DNA of 63,304 nucleotides, the filler included, from Globobulimina sp. (taxonomy: Eukaryota): the NCBI GenBank assembly GCA_003354225.1. It is 16 parts of 16 records of this genome, joined end to end, with 100 filler letters (N's around TTAATTAATTAA, not from the genome) between each part and the next. Parts side by side here need not be neighbours in the genome. Positions count along the whole stretch, not along the records: positions 55,488 to 59,346 come from PIVH01001980.1; positions 59,447 to 63,304 come from PIVH01001981.1; 14 more parts are not named here. One strand, 5' to 3'. Of this stretch, positions 57,469-63,304 are shown one piece after another. Position numbers and translations under genes: made by a program. The notes below the pieces were generated by a model. The model had not been told where the DNA came from. It saw nothing but the letters and a program-made list of their open reading frames with translations, and searched no databases. The stretch's first letter is position 1. The number at the start of each line of letters is the position of its first letter.

Positions 57469-59158
57469 ATGTTCATTTCTGAGTTTTCTCAAACGATATT
57501 TACTATTATCATTATTTTGTACGTTTTAATTTATTATGATGTATTGCCAGGTACGTACAGTCATATTTGTTTTCAACTGCAACAGGTCCGATTTAATGTT
57601 ATTGCTGACAGAATCTGAAGATGTGCGGATGGGTTTAATTTTATTGCGAGGTCCTAACATCCCAACATCTCCTCCAATATCAATCCGCAAACCACTGTCA
57701 CCATCATCATCAGCTCTGCATAGTCCTAAAACAGATGGAATGTTATTGGGATTGGGATTGGCTAAAACTGGCTCAACCAGCGTATTAACAGAATTTTGCA
57801 AATACAATCTATTACATTCAAATTGCAAAAAGAATCCAGAGGATAAATACTGGCATTCTTGCATTAATCTACATTTCCAACCAGAAAATAAATTTGTTGC
57901 GTTTAAATATGATGTTTATAATATATCACAAATAATAAATAACAACACATTTTATAATGAATGCTCTCTTGATTCATGGTTAAAATCGAAATTTCTCGTT
58001 AATAACAACAAAATTAATAATAATGAAACAAGCATTTCTTTGCGGGGATATCATGCCAAAACTACAAACCATTTTGGTTCGACTTATATGGCACATATTT
58101 TTCTGAATGCAATGGTTGCTCATAAAATGAATTTAAAGTTTTATGTAATTTTTAGAAATCCATTATCGCGAATTATATCAAGTTATATATTCATGGTTGG
58201 ATTTGAAAAGAAATATATTCCTCAAAGATATGGTGATATCAATGTCTTTATTAAAAATGATTTAAATAACCAATATTTAATAAATATTATCAATGAATTA
58301 AACAATACAAAGAAAACAATATGGGATTTAAATTGGAAATACATATTTTCTGAATGGATATCGTATGAATCAAACACTCGAATACAATGTTATGAGGATA
58401 AACAATATTTAATTAATTCAATTCAAAATGATAAAGAATATAATATTAAGAGTAATAAGCAGAAAAAGAAGAAAAAGAAAACCCCACTCAGAAAGAAAGT
58501 AATAAGCACAAAAAAAAAGCAGAAAAAGAAAACCCCACTCATTGGGTTTACCTGCGAACGAGATCTATTTCGTGCAACTATCGGTGATTCGTGTTATATC
58601 ATACCATTAATGTTTTGGATAAATGTATTTGGTGAAAATATAATAAATCAAAGAATGAGAATATTACAAACTGAGTTATTGGTACAAAATATGGATAATT
58701 ATATTTCTCAATTAATATGTTTTTGGTCTCCGGATTTTCCGCTTTGTGCAGATAATGCGGATAATATTACGATTCAAAATATTATGTATCCAAACAAACA
58801 AAAAAAAATAAAAAATAAAAGGCAGCAGCAACGTTCAAAAATGCAGCAACGTTCAAAAATGCAGCAACGTTCAAAAATGCAGCAAAATGCAGCAATGTTC
58901 AAAAATGCAGCAAAGTTCAAAAATGCAGCAATGTTTAAATACCAAGGCAGCAAAACAAACAATAGAATGGCAGCAACTTTTAAATATCAAGAAAACGATA
59001 AATATCCAGAATTCATTGTAGATAAAAATGTGTTGAAAGAGTTTAATTATTTATTTAAACCATGCAATAATCGATTAAATGAATTACTCCTCAATGAAAT
59101 GCCTCAATTAATGTTACGCGATGAATTTAATATTACTTTATGGGATTATTTTGAATGA
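57469..59158 (+). CDS. Sulfotransferase (heparan-sulfate O-ST-like fold), type II membrane; intron 57551-57611
   Basis: Exon 1 encodes a TM anchor; 5'-PSB motif GLAKTGSTS; 3'-PB motif FRNPLSRIISSY. Confidence 0.8.
58825..58940 (+). repeat. 18-bp coding minisatellite
   Basis: GCAGCAA(C/T/A)GTTCAAAAAT about 6 times, with one 10-nt partial unit. Confidence 0.9.
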
Positions 59159-59446
59159 ACTGACTTGTCAATATTTGCTTTTCTTTTCCTTGGTTTTTTA
59201 TATTTTATTTTTACAGGAAATATTAAAATTTATGTTATTTTCTTTTATATTTTATTATTTTTCTATATCTCTTTCTTTTTATTTATTTATTTCCTTTACT
59301 TTTTTTTCATTTTTCACTTCTAATCTGCAAACAAGACTTACTTTTGNNNNNNNNNNNNNNNNNNNNNNNNNNNNNNNNNNNNNNNNNNNNTTAATTAATT
59401 AANNNNNNNNNNNNNNNNNNNNNNNNNNNNNNNNNNNNNNNNNNNN

Positions 59447-60975
59447 GCAATGTTTGTATTTTTTGCTTTAAATTTTTACAATTTGATTCATTTTCTTCAA
59501 TAAATTTTGAATTAATATAATTAAAAAATTCGTTCCTAAATATTGATTCACAAAATAATTTTTCAATTATTTTAACCATTGTTAATTTTTTTGACATATT
59601 ATTGTTTTTTAATTTTTTGCAATAATTTAATATTATTGTTTCAAATGCCATTTTTCGTGGATGGAATTGTGTGACACCTATAGCTAAGTCAACATTCATA
59701 ATATTAACAATATTTTCTTTCATAATTGCATTAAAATCAATTAATTTTGTTAATTCCTCACAATTATAAAGATTTTGATTTATTTTAGTATTAATATGCA
59801 TGAAATTGAATACAGGAATTAAATATATACGGTCCAATGTATTTAAATTTTTGTAATTTGCCCATATTTTATGGAAATCCCTCTGCAATGCATGTCGTAC
59901 CTCTTCATCAAAAGACGCTACGGATGACTTATCCTGGAACAATACAGAAATAATAGAAAATAAACATTCTGCACTTAAAATAATTTCTTCCTGCATATTG
60001 GGATTAAAAGTAGAATAATATATGCGTAATAATAATAATTTATGCACATTTATTACATTTGGCTGTTGTATCAGCCATTCAATTTGTTGTGACCAAATTA
60101 ATTCAAAATTATCCGGTTTTGGGAGTTTAGAAAGAGTTGGTTCGCCATACCGTTGGTTTTTACATAATTGTGTCGCACATGACAGCAAATATTGATATGA
60201 GTTACAATTATTTGTTCCATTCAATAAATGTTGCATAATTGATAAACTATTTTGTTTTTTAATTTCGAGTTCTTGACTGCTAAATGTTGAGCTTGTTGAA
60301 CAATAATATAATGGCAGCGTATTGGAACCAAGCCGTAATTTTGTAATCCTATCTTGGTCATTCAAATTATAATGAAATTCGACAGAAATAGATTGATTCC
60401 TCAATCCTATGATATATGTCATAGATATATCTAAATATACTAAATATTGATTTGATTCGTCAACCACAAACATTTTATATTTTTCATCATTTTCATAGAA
60501 TGTTACTTGAGGAAATTTAATGTAAACAGTATGTATTTTATTATTCATGTTTGGGTCAAAAAAATATATTCGATGAAATTTACCGATTGGATATAACGCA
60601 GTGACCATATTTATTAATTCTGTTGGAATATGCTGTTTAATTTCACTCCGAATATATCCCCATATTAACAATGATGCCGTGTTTGCACCAATTTGATACA
60701 CAAATGATTTGGATGGTGCTATAATATCAGCTCCTATTGGAGCTATAATATATGACTGTCGCATGGATAATTTTTTAATTTCTTCAACTATCAATCTATT
60801 ATTGTAAGAAAATCCATATCGTTGCTTTTAGTACGTTTATAATTGGGGAGTAGCGCACTTATTTCACGATAGGCAGAACAGACTTAACTTCATATACAGT
60901 GATTGCCTTTTCAATATCACCAATTTTAAAACCCATATTCAACAGTCTTGATTGCACATTTACTCTCGAAGCCAT
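59447..60975 (-). CDS. Hypothetical protein with N-terminal UBA-like motif, 3' truncated; intron 60825-60888
   Basis: Exon 1 RLLNMGF...IEKAI is UBA-like. An LLIWGYIR.....IPTELI motif follows, then a helical region. Confidence 0.55.
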
Positions 60976-61019
60976 GATACGTATACACCTACAGTTTTTT
61001 TTATTTGTAGATAGTAACA

Positions 61020-61898
61020 ATGGGAAACTTTGACTCACGATATCATAACACGACTACAAACCCACCACCACCCATACCATCCACTACTCTTTTAATTGAT
61101 CAACAACTCGGTTGGCAAAAAATCCATTGTTCATGCCAAGGCGCGGAAATTCCACATTGGACATACCATACACCAAATACAGCACTAATTGAGGCTGGAT
61201 TAAATGCACACGAATTGCAACAAGATATAGAAACAATAAATGAGAAAGCTGTACAATATGTGACTGAAGCGGATAATTATAATGATTCAGGTATACAATA
61301 TCATTGGTTTGGTATTTTATCATTAGGTTTGATTATATTTGGTCTCATATTATTAGCAAGTTTAGCATTTCTTGAATCGAATGGAGCTAATTACTTCGGA
61401 TGGTTTATGTTTTGGATTGCAATAATTGCGGCAAGTTTGATTTTTCGTTTTGTTCGCAAAAAACATTTGAAAATTTGGAATGAATGTCTTTGTGAAATGG
61501 AAGGATATATAAATAAAGAGGTACTACCGAGGTATCAAGAAATTGGCATATTATGGACAATTCGTTCCAGATCACTTCGTCATGGAAATGGGAGATGGAT
61601 ATTTACTGTAAAATATATTGATTTTTGCATTGCGTCTAATACAGTAAGCACAGCACAACAAGAACAAATACAGCAAGTACAGCATGAGCCTGTTATTTAT
61701 GTGGATCATAATGGAGTTCAAGCACAGCAACCTGTTGTTTATGTGTATCAAAAACCAACGCATGCGCAGGTACAACAACCACAAGTTCCCTATCCAGCAC
61801 AGGCTCAACCTGTACAAGTGCAGCCAGCACCGTCTGCACCACATCAACCTGAACCTGTTGTAGTTGCGCGGCAAAATCAACAATATACTCTTCAATAA
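61020..61898 (+). CDS. Two-TM membrane protein with Q/P-rich tail
   Basis: 292-codon ORF with two hydrophobic helices and an MG start (possible myristoylation). Confidence 0.6.
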   Translation: MGNFDSRYHNTTTNPPPPIPSTTLLIDQQLGWQKIHCSCQGAEIPHWTYHTPNTALIEAGLNAHELQQDIETINEKAVQYVTEADNYNDSGIQYHWFGILSLGLIIFGLILLASLAFLESNGANYFGWFMFWIAIIAASLIFRFVRKKHLKIWNECLCEMEGYINKEVLPRYQEIGILWTIRSRSLRHGNGRWIFTVKYIDFCIASNTVSTAQQEQIQQVQHEPVIYVDHNGVQAQQPVVYVYQKPTHAQVQQPQVPYPAQAQPVQVQPAPSAPHQPEPVVVARQNQQYTLQ

Positions 61899-62172
61899 AT
61901 GTATAATTAATTTGCTTTAATTAAATATTAGTCAAAAACCTTGTGTAGTATCGTTACAATGGCAACATGGCGTTCCGCAGTGCGGTACAACACCGTAGGA
62001 GACTACATTACAGAATTTCTACTGCAACTTGGCAATCAGTTTTGCCCCGATTGTGTAACAGCGATCTAGAACAATGGAAATATCATCAAAAAAATAAATA
62101 ATTACATAATTTGTATCAAACACACAGTTATCGCCATGAACAAAATAATAAATACTATACATATGTTTGGTT

Positions 62173-63304
62173 TTATTCAATCAATTCACAAGTTCGTGCA
62201 TCGATACTAAGTGTATCGTTCATACTCCACGACCAACACTTATAAATTTCATCCAATCGCTCGATTTCTTTATTGACGACATCATCCATTTTGGATAAAA
62301 AAATTGCTTTTTCATCCCTCGCGTTGACATCAATGATTTGATCATCAATCTCTAGAATAAATAGAATGGCCAATGCATTTAACACCAAATCAAATCTTTC
62401 CGTGGTTGTTGCTATAATGATAAAATTGACGGGAACGATCAAAGCCGCAATAAAGCCGTTTACAATGATACTTAATACCATGGCATACGAGGTTTTTGAA
62501 TCTGGAAAACATTGAAAAAATTGGTATAAATTGGAAATTTGGCGTTTTACCAATATGATGACAATGAACGAAATCACAATGGACATACAAAGAGACAATT
62601 CATTCTCCCAAAATGCAATACTCTCGAAATCAATGGAAGATATTATTAAGCCCATCATGGATATCTGAGTGATAAATGTAACCACACTGGAAAACGCGTT
62701 CCATGGACCGGGGTTTAAGTATGCCATTGTGTATACATCCAATGACGGAGTGTAGTAACTCATCCTTTTCGCAATTTCTACAACATCTGCTAGTATACAC
62801 CAATATTTTCTGGCCTTCACCAATGGATAACGTTCTTTCTCATCGCTTCCAAACAATCTGTACTGCTCATTCTTAAAATGAGTGTGGTGCGTAATCACTG
62901 AATTCAGATATTCGCACTCTAATTTTGTTTGGATAACATGGCTTAAAAAACGCATGATAGCCATCACAGTATGCATAGTGGCATAGTCTCCATCCAGGCA
63001 TTTTTCAATTATATTATTAAATTTTGCTTGCATCATATTCATGGGAGCCGGATAATATTGGATTTCAACAAACTCTTTGAATACATTGAAGACCTCTACA
63101 TCTTCAATGCCAATCATATGCCCGTTTAATATGTCATGTATATCGTTAGCAACAATATGTAATCCTTGGTTTTTGCGAAAACGATATATATTCAATATAG
63201 CGTTTTTGTTGATTCTACCTACAATGTCAACCACCTGCATTGCAGTAATCCCATCACACGATGCAACCATTCCCACTAAGAATAGTTTACCTGTTTCGTT
63301 TTGA
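62173..63304 (-). CDS. Uncharacterised polytopic membrane protein, 5' truncated
   Basis: Four TM segments ending in a DLVLNALAILFILEIDD motif. Confidence 0.6.
   Translation of the reverse strand, partial: QNETGKLFLVGMVASCDGITAMQVVDIVGRINKNAILNIYRFRKNQGLHIVANDIHDILNGHMIGIEDVEVFNVFKEFVEIQYYPAPMNMMQAKFNNIIEKCLDGDYATMHTVMAIMRFLSHVIQTKLECEYLNSVITHHTHFKNEQYRLFGSDEKERYPLVKARKYWCILADVVEIAKRMSYYTPSLDVYTMAYLNPGPWNAFSSVVTFITQISMMGLIISSIDFESIAFWENELSLCMSIVISFIVIILVKRQISNLYQFFQCFPDSKTSYAMVLSIIVNGFIAALIVPVNFIIIATTTERFDLVLNALAILFILEIDDQIIDVNARDEKAIFLSKMDDVVNKEIERLDEIYKCWSWSMNDTLSIDARTCELIE

Overview
This is not one locus. It is a concatenation of 16 unrelated contigs, sorted by length (3868 down to 3858 bp) and joined by 15 artificial 100-bp spacers (N44-TTAATTAATTAA-N44), so gene neighbourhood means nothing across spacers. 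Most contigs are AT-rich eukaryotic DNA with short (about 50-100 nt) GT-AG introns. The gene families (HLD-type kinase, degenerate G-alpha, beta-helix plus 7TM protein, sulfotransferases, copine, H+-PPase) suggest a protist, plausibly a foraminiferan (inference only). Highlights: (1) contig 27763-31624 is the morphogenesis block of a Polinton/Maverick-type endogenous virus (capsid, adenain protease, packaging ATPase, PW-like gene), with predicted spliceosomal introns in the capsid gene and in two cargo genes (a NADAR hydrolase and a DUF4313-like gene); (2) a gene whose first exon is missing from the ORF track (35692-36159, minus) encodes a near-perfect histone H3 tail (28/29 aa) fused to a Cys/His module, with no histone fold visible; (3) contig 11904-15769 carries an intronless UPF1-like SF1 helicase followed by a PPT and a candidate LTR; (4) a two-domain ceruloplasmin-like multicopper oxidase; (5) a secreted biuret-hydrolase-like/SnoaL fusion; (6) a palindromic MITE family present on two contigs. 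All family calls come from motif recognition by eye; no database search was run.
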